From: an uncultured Planctomycetota bacterium
GTDB lineage: Bacteria > Planctomycetota > Planctomycetia > Pirellulales > Lacipirellulaceae
NCBI GenBank assembly: GCA_963719315.1
Contig: CAVRBU010000002.1
Location: 416,001 to 480,000 of the forward strand
Length of the DNA stretch: 64,000 bases
Direction of reading: 5' to 3'
The translations under genes and the position numbers were made by a program. The notes beneath the pieces were generated by a model. The model did no database searches. It was not told the origin of the DNA and saw only the letters and a program-made list of their open reading frames with translations. Positions 1-10,259 of the stretch are shown here, in pieces; position 1 is the first letter of the stretch, and each line of letters begins with the position of its first letter.

Positions 1-80
1 TCCGCCAGAGCCAGCGGTGAGCAGGTCAATGCGCCCCCCAGCGCGGCAAGCACGGCGGTTCGTTTAATTAGTTCGTTCAT
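1..80 (-). CDS. 5' end of a secreted protein (runs off the window)
   Basis: ATG at 80 reads MNELIKRTAVLAALGGALTCSPLALA, a typical signal peptide. Confidence 0.55.
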   Translation of the reverse strand, partial: MNELIKRTAVLAALGGALTCSPLALA

Positions 81-200
81 GGGTTCGAACGAAGCGGCAA
101 ATTAGGTGTACGGGGCGAAATCCTGCTTCCGTAATCTTACACGAAAACACAATTCGGGCGATAATCCAGTTTTGACCGGCATGGCACCGGACCCTTCTAA

Positions 201-265
201 GTACCGAAATTCGGAAGAATTCCCCTTCGCTTGATTCTGGACTGAAGTCTTGCGACTTCAGCTAC
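201..265. repeat. GTAG-family REP inverted pair (REPIN-like)
   Basis: GTACCGAAATTCGGAAGAATTCC ... CTGAAGTCTTGCGACTTCAGCTAC; same family as 29106, 34129, 36510, 37128, 45368, 57836. Confidence 0.65.
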
Positions 266-277
266 ACGCCACGATTA

Positions 278-1513
278 ATGAAGTTTGCCATTTTAGGAAC
301 CGACGCGGAAATCTTGCAGCTTGCCTCAGCTGCGCGCGATGCTGGACACGAAATTATTTGGCTGGGGGATGTGCGTGGCGAAGATGCCGCGGCAATTGGG
401 CCGCTTGTTACGGATCGCACGGATCGGGCCGGCGAATGGGAGTTGCTTCTCGGTCAGGGCGTTGTCGATGGTGTCCTTGTCGGCCGCGGATCGGCTGGCG
501 GCGACCTGCGGGCGGAACAACTCAAACGGCTTGTGGTCGAGGCGGTGCCGGTTCTCGTCGTGCATCCGATTTTTGAGTCGGTGCTGCCGTACTATGAGAT
601 CGATATGACGCGGCGCGAAACGGGCGCTGTCGTGCAGCATTTCAATCCGCCTGTGGACCAGCCTGTGCTGGCCGATTTGGCAGCGTGGGTTCGAAATGAG
701 CACCCGACGATCGGAACAATCCACCAGGTCGCGTTTGAGCGCCGCACAGACGGAGCGTCGCGGGAAATCGTGCTCGCGCACTTGGCCCGCGATACAGAAC
801 TGCTCGCGGCCGTCGCGGGCGATATTCGCCGGGTGAGCGCCATCGGCCCCGAAACGCTCGACGCTTCCTTCGCATCGCTGCAAGTGCAGATGACGACTTC
901 CAACGTTTCTTCGTTGCGCTGGAGTGTGGGTTCCAGAGCGGCCGGCGCGGCCGGTTTACAATTGATACTCCTCGGCGAGCGCGGCGCCGCAACGCTCCGT
1001 GAAACGAATGCCGCCGAGGGTTCCACACCGTGGCAACTGGAAATCGAAAGCGGCGATCAACTAGAAGTGCAGATGCTGGAGAGCGGCGACGCAGCCCGCT
1101 CGGCAATTGAGCGATGGGCGGCTGCCGTCGCAGAGACTGACGCCGTGCGGCGGGCGGCGGCCAGCACTTGGGAAATGGCGACGCGGGATATGGAAGTCGT
1201 CGACGCCGTGGAACTCAGTTTGCAAAAGGGACGCACGATGGAGGTCTTTCAACAACATCTCACGGAGCGGCTGGCGTTCCGCGGCACGATGGCCGCGCTG
1301 GGCTGCGGCTTGTTGCTCATCGTGTTTCTCGCGGTCATCGCCGTGGCAATGATCGGCGGCGCTGAAGGGATTTTGCGACAACGGCTAGCGCCTGCGTGGC
1401 CGCTCGTGCTACTAGCAGTGCTGGCGTTCTTTCTGTTGCTGCAGGCGGTCCCGCTCTTGGTGCAAAAGAAGAGAAAGGGAGGCGACGAGCCGCCCGCCTC
1501 ACTTTCGGATTAG
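278..1513 (+). CDS. Gfo/Idh/MocA-like (degenerate oxidoreductase fold) protein with two C-terminal TM helices
   Basis: N-terminal MKFAILG Rossmann-like strand, 'WELLL..VDGVLV' segment, hydrophobic C-terminal hairpin. Confidence 0.6.
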   Translation: MKFAILGTDAEILQLASAARDAGHEIIWLGDVRGEDAAAIGPLVTDRTDRAGEWELLLGQGVVDGVLVGRGSAGGDLRAEQLKRLVVEAVPVLVVHPIFESVLPYYEIDMTRRETGAVVQHFNPPVDQPVLADLAAWVRNEHPTIGTIHQVAFERRTDGASREIVLAHLARDTELLAAVAGDIRRVSAIGPETLDASFASLQVQMTTSNVSSLRWSVGSRAAGAAGLQLILLGERGAATLRETNAAEGSTPWQLEIESGDQLEVQMLESGDAARSAIERWAAAVAETDAVRRAAASTWEMATRDMEVVDAVELSLQKGRTMEVFQQHLTERLAFRGTMAALGCGLLLIVFLAVIAVAMIGGAEGILRQRLAPAWPLVLLAVLAFFLLLQAVPLLVQKKRKGGDEPPASLSD

Positions 1514-1741
1514 CCTCGTTAAATTGTTGGAAAACGGCGGGAGACGGGTGGCATGCTGTCCCGCCGCGGCAGAGAATGTCTGGGCAACGACGCGCATGCC
1601 TAATTGACTTCGGTCCGCAAATTCATGACACCCGATGCGAAAAGGAATTAGCGGCGCGAGCGTTACTGCTGGACAAAGTGTGCCGTTTGGCGAAAGTTTC
1701 CGGCACACGTCGACGATAGATGAAATGATACCGGTGCGCGC

Positions 1742-2273
1742 TTGCACGCCGCTAATTCCTCTTCTAATCCGACGAATCCGTTGCCTACCAAGTCGTTCAC
1801 GATCGTGTTCCATGTCGCCAAAGTCTGCGCACTATTGGCAACGCTATTGTACTCCGGTTGCGCGAGTCCGCTCGGCGGGCACAAATCGTGTGCAGCGTGT
1901 TGCGCACCGGTGGGCCAATGCGATGAATGCGATACCGCCGATTGCGATCGGTGTGAGAGTTGTGAATTGCCCACCGGCGCCTCGTGCGCGAATTGCCATC
2001 CACTAATGCTTGAGCGGTGCACTGCAGCCGTCCAATGTTATGGCAGTTCTTGTTGCTGCGGCGCTTGGCACCACGTGGAGCCATGCGTATGCTGGCCGGT
2101 CAAAAAGTGTTGTCACGTGGTGAATTTCTGCGCCGGATGGCTTCGCCGGCCCGCCCGATGGTCCCTGCCCCAGCAGTTTCCATGCCGTGCCCACGCATCC
2201 GGTTTTTGAGGCGGTGCCGGAGAAACCAATGATGTACCCAGCGGAACCATCGGGCGAGATCGCGGCCCCGTGA
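1742..2273 (+). CDS. Cys-rich putative lipoprotein (frameshift near 2132)
   Basis: LLYSGC lipobox-like motif and many CxxC; alternate frame continues ...FHAVPTHPVFE...APtga to 2273. Confidence 0.5.
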
Positions 2274-2604
2274 AAACGACGCTATCCGCGGCGGAAGCGG
2301 GGAGATCGCAAACGGTGGCACAAGTCGATAGCGCTCTGGCCGCGCATTCACTGCTGTCGGACGTTTCTTTGCCGCGGGAGCATCTGCAAGTGTCAAGCTA
2401 GGGCGACTGTACGTACCCGAATTGCAGTGTTTAAGCCGGAATTAGCGGCTGGCCGATCTTGCCTGCATGGCGTCGTGTGCTCGCGGACCGAGGTCTTGGA
2501 TGACCTGGCATGCGAAGTAGAGCCGCCGTCGCCTTGGCACATGGTCTAGACCCGGCTCGATCAGCGTCGAGCCACCCGATCGAACCCGCCCGGCACCGCT
2601 GCTG

Positions 2605-4041
2605 ATGACCCACCCACCGCGCGCCCGCCGTCGAAGTTCCCGCGCTCGATTTGCGCTGGTTACGCTCACGTTTGCCCTGGGCGTCGGTCTCATGCTCAAC
2701 GCGGGCGGCCCTTCGCCAGCACATGAAATTTCCCCGCAGCGCATGTCGCTCGTAGTAGTCGCCGTGCGTCAAGCTCGGCCCTCCGTGGTTAGCATCCGCG
2801 GGCAAAAGACGGTCGTCGAAGCAGTCACTTCGGCGGATTCAGCAGAGATCTCCGAATCGCCGCGGCAAGTGAACGGCATGGGCACGGGCACCATCATCGA
2901 TGAGCGGGGCTACATCCTCACAAATTATCACGTCGTTTCCGACGTCCGCCGGATCGAAGTCACGCTCGACGATGGTCGCGGCGCGATCGCCGAAATGGTG
3001 GCCTACGATTCGGCCGCCGATCTGGCGGTAATTAAGATTCCCACAACCAAACCACTCTCTGTGATCCGCATCGGCACGTCTTCCGACCTGATGGTGGGCG
3101 AATCGGTGATCGCGCTCGGCAACGCGTTCGGCTACGAACAGACCGTGACGCGGGGCGTCATCAGTGCACTTGGCCGGGACGTGCAGGTGAGCGATACGCA
3201 ATCGTACGACGACCTGATTCAGACGGACGCCAGCATCAACCCTGGCAACTCCGGTGGTCCGCTGCTGAACATCGACGGCGAGATGGTCGGCGTCAACGTG
3301 GCCGTACGGGCCGGGGCCCAAGGCATCGGGTTCGCGATCCCGATCGACAGCGCACTCAACGTCGCTTCGAAGTTGCTAAACGTGCAACGGATGCGCAGTC
3401 GGTGGCATGGGATGGTAACGCAGGCCGAAGACAGCCCCGATGGACCGCTCCTGGTCTCCAAAGTCGAACGCGCGAGCCCGGCCGAACGAGTCGGCATCCA
3501 ACCCGGCGACGAGATCGTGCGGGTTGGCAAACAAACGGTCACGCGCCCACTGGATTTGGAGCGGGCGTTTCTCGATCGCGCGCTGGGCGAGCCAGTGTCG
3601 GTCGAAGTTCGCCGCGGCGGGCAGAATATCACCCTGGATCTCGCGCTTTCCGATTCGCCGGTGAAAACTGTGGCGCCGCCGCCCGTGTTGGCCGGGGATG
3701 ATGCCCGCATGTGGGATGTATTTGGGCTGAATCTCAGTGTGGAACCGCGCAGTACGTTTGATCGCCGCAGCACGCGCTACCGAGGCGGCATGCACGTCAA
3801 TAGCGTGCGGCCGAACAGTCCGGCCGCGCAGGAAGGGATTCTGCCCGGCGATATTCTCGTCGGCATGCACAAGTGGGAGACAGCGTCCGATCAGGACATT
3901 CAGTACATCATCTCGCGGCCCAATCTCGACCAACTGGGCAAGCTGAAATTCTACGTCCTCCGCGGCCAGAATACGCTCTACGGCCACATCAACGTGGCGG
4001 CGAAACCGGGCGGCCTCGACCAGGCCACGGCTCGGCATTGA
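2605..4041 (+). CDS. HtrA/DegP-family trypsin-like serine protease with PDZ domains
   Basis: ILTNYHVV, DLAVIKI, IQTDASINPGNSGGPL catalytic motifs; two PDZ-like regions. Confidence 0.95.
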   Translation: MTHPPRARRRSSRARFALVTLTFALGVGLMLNAGGPSPAHEISPQRMSLVVVAVRQARPSVVSIRGQKTVVEAVTSADSAEISESPRQVNGMGTGTIIDERGYILTNYHVVSDVRRIEVTLDDGRGAIAEMVAYDSAADLAVIKIPTTKPLSVIRIGTSSDLMVGESVIALGNAFGYEQTVTRGVISALGRDVQVSDTQSYDDLIQTDASINPGNSGGPLLNIDGEMVGVNVAVRAGAQGIGFAIPIDSALNVASKLLNVQRMRSRWHGMVTQAEDSPDGPLLVSKVERASPAERVGIQPGDEIVRVGKQTVTRPLDLERAFLDRALGEPVSVEVRRGGQNITLDLALSDSPVKTVAPPPVLAGDDARMWDVFGLNLSVEPRSTFDRRSTRYRGGMHVNSVRPNSPAAQEGILPGDILVGMHKWETASDQDIQYIISRPNLDQLGKLKFYVLRGQNTLYGHINVAAKPGGLDQATARH

Positions 4042-4135
4042 TCCTCTAGCCGATCTATTCTGGGCCGGAGTTCCTCCCGAACGAAACAGTCAGGCTATGT
4101 AGTCGGGCGGCGTTCCGACGTTTAGATTGGAGCGC

Positions 4136-5073
4136 ATGGAACTCGAATTCATTCAGTGGCTCCGCGCGCACGTTCCGGCAGACCCGCGCGCAAACTCGGC
4201 TTGAGCGACGACGCCGCGTTGTTGTCGTTGAGCGGGGGCGGCGAGATAGTGGTCACGACCGATTTGTTGACGGACGGCGTCGATTTTGAGCTCGGGAAGC
4301 ACGAGCCGGGGCGTATCGGCCGTCAGGCGATGGCTGCTAATTTGAGCGATCTTGCTGCGATGGCCGCTAAACCGCAGACGGCCTTTATTTCGGTGGCGCT
4401 GCCGCGCGAGAGTGGCGGTGGTCCGTTGGCGTTGGCCATTGGTTTGCACGAAGGGATATTGCAACTGGCGGCGGAGTTTGACGTCGCAATCGCAGGCGGC
4501 GACACCAACACTTATGATGGCCCGCTCGTTCTCAGCGTCACCGCGCTGGGCGAAACCACCAGCGGCCGACCACTCACGCGGTCCGGCGGTAGGCCCGGCG
4601 ACTGGTTACTTGTCACTGGCGCGCTCGGCGGCAGCATCCTGGGCCATATGCTCGATTTCACACCCCGTGTTCGTGAGGCGATGTTGCTTCACGAGCGGTA
4701 TGAGCTTAACGCGGGTATCGACATCAGCGACGGCCTCGCGCTCGACGCCTCGCGACTCGCGCAGGAAAGTGGGTGCGGCGCACTGCTGAATTTGGACCGC
4801 GTGCCAATTTCGCAGGACGCTATTCGGCTATCCGAATTGGACGGCGCCGCGGATATTCCAACCGCAGCGCTGCATCACGCACTTGGTGACGGCCAGGATT
4901 TCGAACTGCTCATCGCCGCCAGCCCAGTAGTTGCCGAGCAGATTCTCAACGAGCGACCGATCGAGTGTGAGATCGCGCATGTCGGCAAATTAGTATCTGA
5001 GCCTGGGCTGTGGCAAAAGATGCCCGACGGTCCACAAATCCCGTTGGAACCCACCGGCTGGCGGCACGAATGA
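4136..5073 (+). CDS. thiL: Thiamine-monophosphate kinase (frameshift near 4190)
   Basis: ATG 4136 MELEFIQWLR then shift to LGLSDDAA, TTDLL, NLSDLAAMAA, GGDT, DISDGL motifs. Confidence 0.9.
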
Positions 5074-5074
5074 A

Positions 5075-5536
5075 ATGTCCACCTTCACTGCCCATAACGA
5101 ACAGGATACGGATCGCCTCGGCGCGGCGCTTGCTGCGGTGTTGCCGCCGGGAACGGTCGTAGGCCTGATCGGCACGCTAGGCGCTGGGAAGACTCGGTTG
5201 GTGCAAGCGGTGGCCGCGGCCGTTGGCGTGCCGCGAGCAAACGTCACCAGCCCCACGTTCGTGCTTGTGAACGAATACACGGGCGGCAGGCTGCCCATTT
5301 ACCACTTCGACACGTACCGGCTCAAAGACGATGATGAGTTTTTGAACCTTGGACCGGATGAATACTTCGATTCAAACGGTCTGACGTTTATCGAATGGGC
5401 CGATCGTGTAGCGGAATTGCTCCCGGCGGAGCGGCTGGAGATTACGATTGAAGTTGTGGGCGAATCCAAGCGCAAGATTTCAATCCGCGGGACGACAACC
5501 GCGCTTGAGGAACTTGTCAAAGGTGTTCGGGTATAA
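5075..5536 (+). CDS. tsaE: tRNA threonylcarbamoyladenosine biosynthesis ATPase
   Basis: GTLGAGKT, VTSPTF, HFDTYRL, IEWAD motifs. Confidence 0.95.
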   Translation: MSTFTAHNEQDTDRLGAALAAVLPPGTVVGLIGTLGAGKTRLVQAVAAAVGVPRANVTSPTFVLVNEYTGGRLPIYHFDTYRLKDDDEFLNLGPDEYFDSNGLTFIEWADRVAELLPAERLEITIEVVGESKRKISIRGTTTALEELVKGVRV

Positions 5537-5554
5537 AGGAAGCACATAGACGAC

Positions 5555-6277
5555 ATGTACTTTCGTACCATCACAGAGATTTACATTAGCGAAACTTCCT
5601 GGGCGGAACTGCCGGCACCCATCACTCAACAGTTTTCGGAGGTCGAAACTCGCGCTTATGCTGATGGCGCGCCGTTTTTTAAGCACTTGGCACAAGAACT
5701 GGGTGAACCAGCCTTATCATCGCTATTCAGCCGTCTGGACGATGACCATCCCATGCGAGTCTACGTTGAAGCTGAGAATGGTGGACCGCCATTCGTATGG
5801 TTTGGTTTTACATACCCCGGAAATCTCGTCCATCAATCACAGTTTCGGCTGGCGACCGATAAACGGCTGCCAATCTCATTGCCGCCGCGACTGGATCGGC
5901 TTTACAGAGCATTCAGCGGCTTTCGCTACAATCCAGGCGATTGCGGCGGCTTGGTGCCACCGGAAAAGGTAACCGCCTTGAGCGCTGTATCGCGTGGACA
6001 TCGTGGCGGTCAGAAAGTTGACGCTTCCGGGTACTTCGGATTGCTATCCTACGGCAACGGCGATTTCGTATGTTTGAATAATGCCGGCCATTGCGTAATG
6101 TTCGACCACGAACAATCCGCAATTGGCGAATTCAGTCTCGATGTCGCTTTGAACGGGTTACTAAGCCGAACCACCAAACCATGCGATATCAAGACCAATA
6201 CAGAGGGTCGTCGGTTGCTTAACATTAAAACTCATATCGATCGCTCCTGGGCGGCATGGATTTTCAGATTTGGATAA
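5555..6277 (+). CDS. SMI1/KNR4 (SUKH)-like putative immunity protein
   Basis: LPxxLPPxLxxLY..FSG, YGNGDFVCL, VMFDHE pattern; lower GC than neighbours. Confidence 0.55.
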   Translation: MYFRTITEIYISETSWAELPAPITQQFSEVETRAYADGAPFFKHLAQELGEPALSSLFSRLDDDHPMRVYVEAENGGPPFVWFGFTYPGNLVHQSQFRLATDKRLPISLPPRLDRLYRAFSGFRYNPGDCGGLVPPEKVTALSAVSRGHRGGQKVDASGYFGLLSYGNGDFVCLNNAGHCVMFDHEQSAIGEFSLDVALNGLLSRTTKPCDIKTNTEGRRLLNIKTHIDRSWAAWIFRFG

Positions 6278-6347
6278 TTGAAACTAAGATGAGTTTTGTC
6301 TCTCGAAGCGATCATGTGTTGTGGTCGACGCAACCGCAATGTCGATA

Positions 6348-7457
6348 TTACTTTTTCATCGCCTCTGCAACGTACTCCGCTTGCCGGCGCATTTGTTCGT
6401 CCGCTTCCCGTCGCTGGCGATGGCTACGGGACCAGTCTATCAGGGCCAGGCGGATTGCCCAGCCGGTACTTTTCTTCATCTTTCCTCGCTTCTCGGCTTT
6501 CCATAGTTGGTAGTCCGCAAGGCAAGGCAAAGTTCCCAAGTGTTTTGCGGCCAGCCAGGCGACGACCAGCCTGCCAACCGTGCTCATATTGCCCAGGCCA
6601 CGATCCGCAAGATACGATTCGTAGGAAAGTTCCGGGTGCTGCGCGCGTAACTCTGCCCGTTCTCTTAACGTCCGCGATAACCAGCCCTCGCCTCTTTCAG
6701 CTCGCCGCTTTTCGTCGCGCTGCTGCTTGGCCCGCGCCCGGCTGGCTTTTCTGGCAGGCGCTTCCAATTCCAGGCGGTAGCAAATTATTCCAGCCAACAG
6801 CATCCCGGCCAGCAGGCCCAGCGGACAGCCCAAGTCTGGCCCGCACACGAGTATGAGAATGAGCGCGAACGGAACATACACAATCATTCCCAAGAGCACC
6901 GTTCCGCAGCCCCAAGTGGACCAACTGAATTGTGGCTGCGACTGTTTGAATTTTGCTCCCACCCCGGGATGGCTTACGCAACTCGGCTGCGGATTGTAGC
7001 TGCTCCAGCAGTCGACGTTGGTTGTTGTTCGCTCTCCGCGAATGTGCGGTTGATTGGCTCTCACCAGCAACTTTCCCTGATTGTGGACGGGAACCAGGCT
7101 CCTGCCGGGAGGGAGCGGCGAGTTCTTCGGCGGATCTCGGCGGTGGACATCATCGACCCCGTTTGCGAGCGAATTGGTGGACGAATCCGCCGATGTCAAT
7201 CGGTTTTCGCGGATGAACTGGTCAAGTCCAGCAGCGATCTTTCGATCGATTCGGCGTGTCTCCGTTTCATCGGGTATGAGCCGAATGACAAAGTTTTTGC
7301 GACATGCGGGGCAGGCGGCCATTCTTCCTTCGAAAAGCCGCTGGGAAATCCTGCGCTTATCTCGTTGCGACGAAACGCGGAACTTTGTACCGCAGTGGGG
7401 GCAGCGCGTGACATTGAAGACCGCCGTTCGGTAAAATTCGTTGACGTCCAAGATCAT
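6348..7457 (-). CDS. Hypothetical membrane protein with N-terminal Zn-ribbon
   Basis: CPHC...CPAC pair, two hydrophobic helices mid-protein, charged helical C-terminus. Confidence 0.6.
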   Translation of the reverse strand: MILDVNEFYRTAVFNVTRCPHCGTKFRVSSQRDKRRISQRLFEGRMAACPACRKNFVIRLIPDETETRRIDRKIAAGLDQFIRENRLTSADSSTNSLANGVDDVHRRDPPKNSPLPPGRSLVPVHNQGKLLVRANQPHIRGERTTTNVDCWSSYNPQPSCVSHPGVGAKFKQSQPQFSWSTWGCGTVLLGMIVYVPFALILILVCGPDLGCPLGLLAGMLLAGIICYRLELEAPARKASRARAKQQRDEKRRAERGEGWLSRTLRERAELRAQHPELSYESYLADRGLGNMSTVGRLVVAWLAAKHLGTLPCLADYQLWKAEKRGKMKKSTGWAIRLALIDWSRSHRQRREADEQMRRQAEYVAEAMKK

Positions 7458-7498
7458 GGCCTCGCGACAGGTGGAGGGAGTTCGAATTAACGCAAGTT

Positions 7499-9829
7499 TC
7501 AGCCGAGGAGCCGGCGGTTCGGGCCGTGCTTTTGAATCGTGTGCACTTTGGCGAGCAGATTGGCGAACAAGTAGTGCGGCACGAGCGGCGTGTAGCTGCC
7601 GGCGAACTCCGGGTGATCGATGTATGGCCGGATTTCATCGAACCGGTTATTTGCCAGCGCGCCGGTTACGTGCAGGAGCGCGTTATGGATCACTCGCCGG
7701 AAAAGACCACCAGGTATGGGCGCAGTGAGCTTCTTCGGTTGGCATTCGCGCTCGTCATCAGAAAGCACCGGTTTGGATTCGATGCGCTCTCGCCAGACAT
7801 CCGGGTCGAGCATTCCTTTCACAAATTCCGGCTCGCCATCGGCCAGCGCCGCCAGCAGCGAAATGTAATCGTTGTAATAAGCGATGTCATCGGTCGAGCC
7901 GGCCATTAGCCAACGCTTTGTCGCTTCGACAGAATGGCCCGGATGGCTGTCATCCGTCGGCGGCCAACCGAATCGACCTCGAAACATTGTGTGTGCCGCG
8001 GACAACCAATCCACGTCGCCATAGCAGGAGATTCTCCAATGGATTTGACTATTCTCGACTGTGTAGTCGATCGACGGCTCGCCCCACGTGAATCGATTGA
8101 ACTCGCTCGGGTTGAGCGCGCGCGGCAGGGGCGTGAGCTTGGCTTTGAGAATTCCGCGGAGCCGGCTGGCGGCGCTGGTCCATTCGTCGATGGTTCGAAG
8201 CTTTTTGGTCCATCCGTGGGAATCAGGTTCCAGGTGGGCTGTGAAAATGTCCGGGTCGCGCTTGGCGATAGCGGGCAGCAAATTATCGATGAGCCCCGTG
8301 ATTTGGCCGATCACCCGATCAATCTCCGTCTGCCATTCCGCGTCGGATAACTGGATCGCAGGCCGCGGTTTGAGACGCCAACCGCTCGGCGTTTCTTCGT
8401 AACGATTCCAATGGACGACAGTTTCGTACCAATCGTGCCGCCGGCCAATCCATTCGTATTCATCTTCCCAGCCGCCTTTCAAAAGGTGCAAACCTTCCAT
8501 CCAGTTGTGTGGCAGCGCGGGAAACTCGCCCTCTCGCACTTCGAAATACGCGCACCATGGCCGCGCTACGCGCAGCACGAACTTCGTGCCCGGCACGCGA
8601 ACGCCACTACCGGCCAGACCAACGCGCAAAGCTCGCTGGCGGTCCTCATTCAGGTCGAGCGCATTGAGATTGAGATGCGCCGAGCACCCATCGAACTCGG
8701 CAAAATCGTTTGGTTGGTCAGGCGCAAAGCGTGGCCGCAGGACTTGCCATAGCTCGCGCTCCTGCGCTTCCGCCGACTTGTGCTCGATGTAATCGAGGTA
8801 CGTGAATTCGCGCCACCGTGGATCGGAATGGTCCCAATCAGGTTGCGGAGGTTTTGCTGCCTCGTCCTGAGCCAGTTTTGCAGCCGCTTGGGCACCTATG
8901 GCCGCGAACCCGTCGGCGGTCACCGTCAAGTCTTTCTTACTCGCCGCTTCGCGCACGTGCCGCCGAACATCCATAAGTATTTCCACCTTTGCCAGCAAGA
9001 TCGCGAACAACTGGCGCAGAGTGGACCAGGAACTCCGACCTTCGTACTCGGAGTGCTGTAAGTAGCGGCGAATTTCCATGAAATGGTTGTTCGCCAGCGC
9101 GGTAATCACGTTCTGAACCGCCTCATGCAACTCGAAACGGAACTGCCCATTGAGACGAGCTAGTTCCATTTCGCGCTCGGTATCGGTGAGTCCATGATTC
9201 GTGGATATTCGTTCTCGCCAGTTCTCTACGTCGACGATCGACTTCGCGAACTCGGGATCGCGGTCGGCAATCGCCGAGAGCACTTCGCGTAAGCCGTCGT
9301 GCATCCGCCGATCCCGGACCGAACACGCAAGCAGCCACTGCTTCGTTGCCTCGATTGAGCGCTCGATGTCATTTACACCGCTGGGTCGGCACTCTTTAGG
9401 TACACGGGTTCCATGGCCGGCCGCGTCGAGCCATCCTAGCCCTATCGACCAGCACAACTGCCAGCGAACTCGGCCGTTTTCGATTGCAAAGTCGAACGCC
9501 GGCTGCGGCCAATTGCCGTCAAAGTGAAAGTAATCGAACTCAGACCGGTCGAGCACCGGCGGCCCTTCGCTCGAATCGACCGTATTGAGAATGCTGCGCA
9601 AGCGGATCGTCGCGTCTTGCCATTCGCGCAGTGTCGGCGGACCTGCGCCGCTTGGCAGTTCGGAGAACGTGTCGGGATCGCGAGCTGCCATGACCGGCAG
9701 CAGGTCGTGGATGAATTCCGTCAGTTCATCAAGTACGCGGTCGACTTCCTTGTCGACCGCCTGTTCCGAAAGGACGTACAAATCGCTGATCGGCGAAACT
9801 TTGGATAATTCATTGTGGTCAGTTGGCAT
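7499..9829 (-). CDS. Large hypothetical protein with two copies of an unrecognised ~265-aa domain
   Basis: 792-aa ORF; likely start MPTDHNE at 9829 after GAGGAGG; clear internal repeat (see findings). Confidence 0.8.
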   Translation of the reverse strand: MPTDHNELSKVSPISDLYVLSEQAVDKEVDRVLDELTEFIHDLLPVMAARDPDTFSELPSGAGPPTLREWQDATIRLRSILNTVDSSEGPPVLDRSEFDYFHFDGNWPQPAFDFAIENGRVRWQLCWSIGLGWLDAAGHGTRVPKECRPSGVNDIERSIEATKQWLLACSVRDRRMHDGLREVLSAIADRDPEFAKSIVDVENWRERISTNHGLTDTEREMELARLNGQFRFELHEAVQNVITALANNHFMEIRRYLQHSEYEGRSSWSTLRQLFAILLAKVEILMDVRRHVREAASKKDLTVTADGFAAIGAQAAAKLAQDEAAKPPQPDWDHSDPRWREFTYLDYIEHKSAEAQERELWQVLRPRFAPDQPNDFAEFDGCSAHLNLNALDLNEDRQRALRVGLAGSGVRVPGTKFVLRVARPWCAYFEVREGEFPALPHNWMEGLHLLKGGWEDEYEWIGRRHDWYETVVHWNRYEETPSGWRLKPRPAIQLSDAEWQTEIDRVIGQITGLIDNLLPAIAKRDPDIFTAHLEPDSHGWTKKLRTIDEWTSAASRLRGILKAKLTPLPRALNPSEFNRFTWGEPSIDYTVENSQIHWRISCYGDVDWLSAAHTMFRGRFGWPPTDDSHPGHSVEATKRWLMAGSTDDIAYYNDYISLLAALADGEPEFVKGMLDPDVWRERIESKPVLSDDERECQPKKLTAPIPGGLFRRVIHNALLHVTGALANNRFDEIRPYIDHPEFAGSYTPLVPHYLFANLLAKVHTIQKHGPNRRLLG

Positions 9830-10259
9830 TGGGCGCATCCTCCTCGTGTTGTCCTTTGTCAGAATGAATCGCTTCATCTAAGTCCCAGTCGACCGTGATA
9901 AACCAGGTTTCAACTATGTTGTCGAGCATGTAGGCAATCTCGCGCAGAAACGATACATCGGCCAGCCGCGACTCGATCGCCTTGGGATTGGCCTCGGGTG
10001 CGATGACGCAGGCAGGTGCGCCCATTTCGCAAAGTTTTTCCTTCCGATAAACACCGACCGCATCAAAATAAACTTGTGCAGCGGCTGCTATAATGCAGTC
10101 GCCATACACCTCCTCGCGTGCCAGGCACCGCAGCTTGAGCTTTAGATTGAAGGCGCTCTCGCCATGATTGAGCAGCGGGAAGGGCCCAAATGGGAACTCC
10201 ACGCGATACAAGGCGACGCGCATCAATCGGGCAGTGGAAGTAGCGGGTTTTGTTTTCAA
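9819..10259 (-). CDS. Hypothetical protein
   Basis: 146-aa ORF overlapping both neighbours (TTGA overlap at 10256-10259; 11-bp overlap with 9829 start). Confidence 0.6.
   Translation of the reverse strand: MKTKPATSTARLMRVALYRVEFPFGPFPLLNHGESAFNLKLKLRCLAREEVYGDCIIAAAAQVYFDAVGVYRKEKLCEMGAPACVIAPEANPKAIESRLADVSFLREIAYMLDNIVETWFITVDWDLDEAIHSDKGQHEEDAPNAN

Noticed and set aside
4136..5073. Programmed frameshifting in thiL and other split genes
   Set aside because: No shared slippery heptamer or stimulatory structure; the pattern fits sequencing error.
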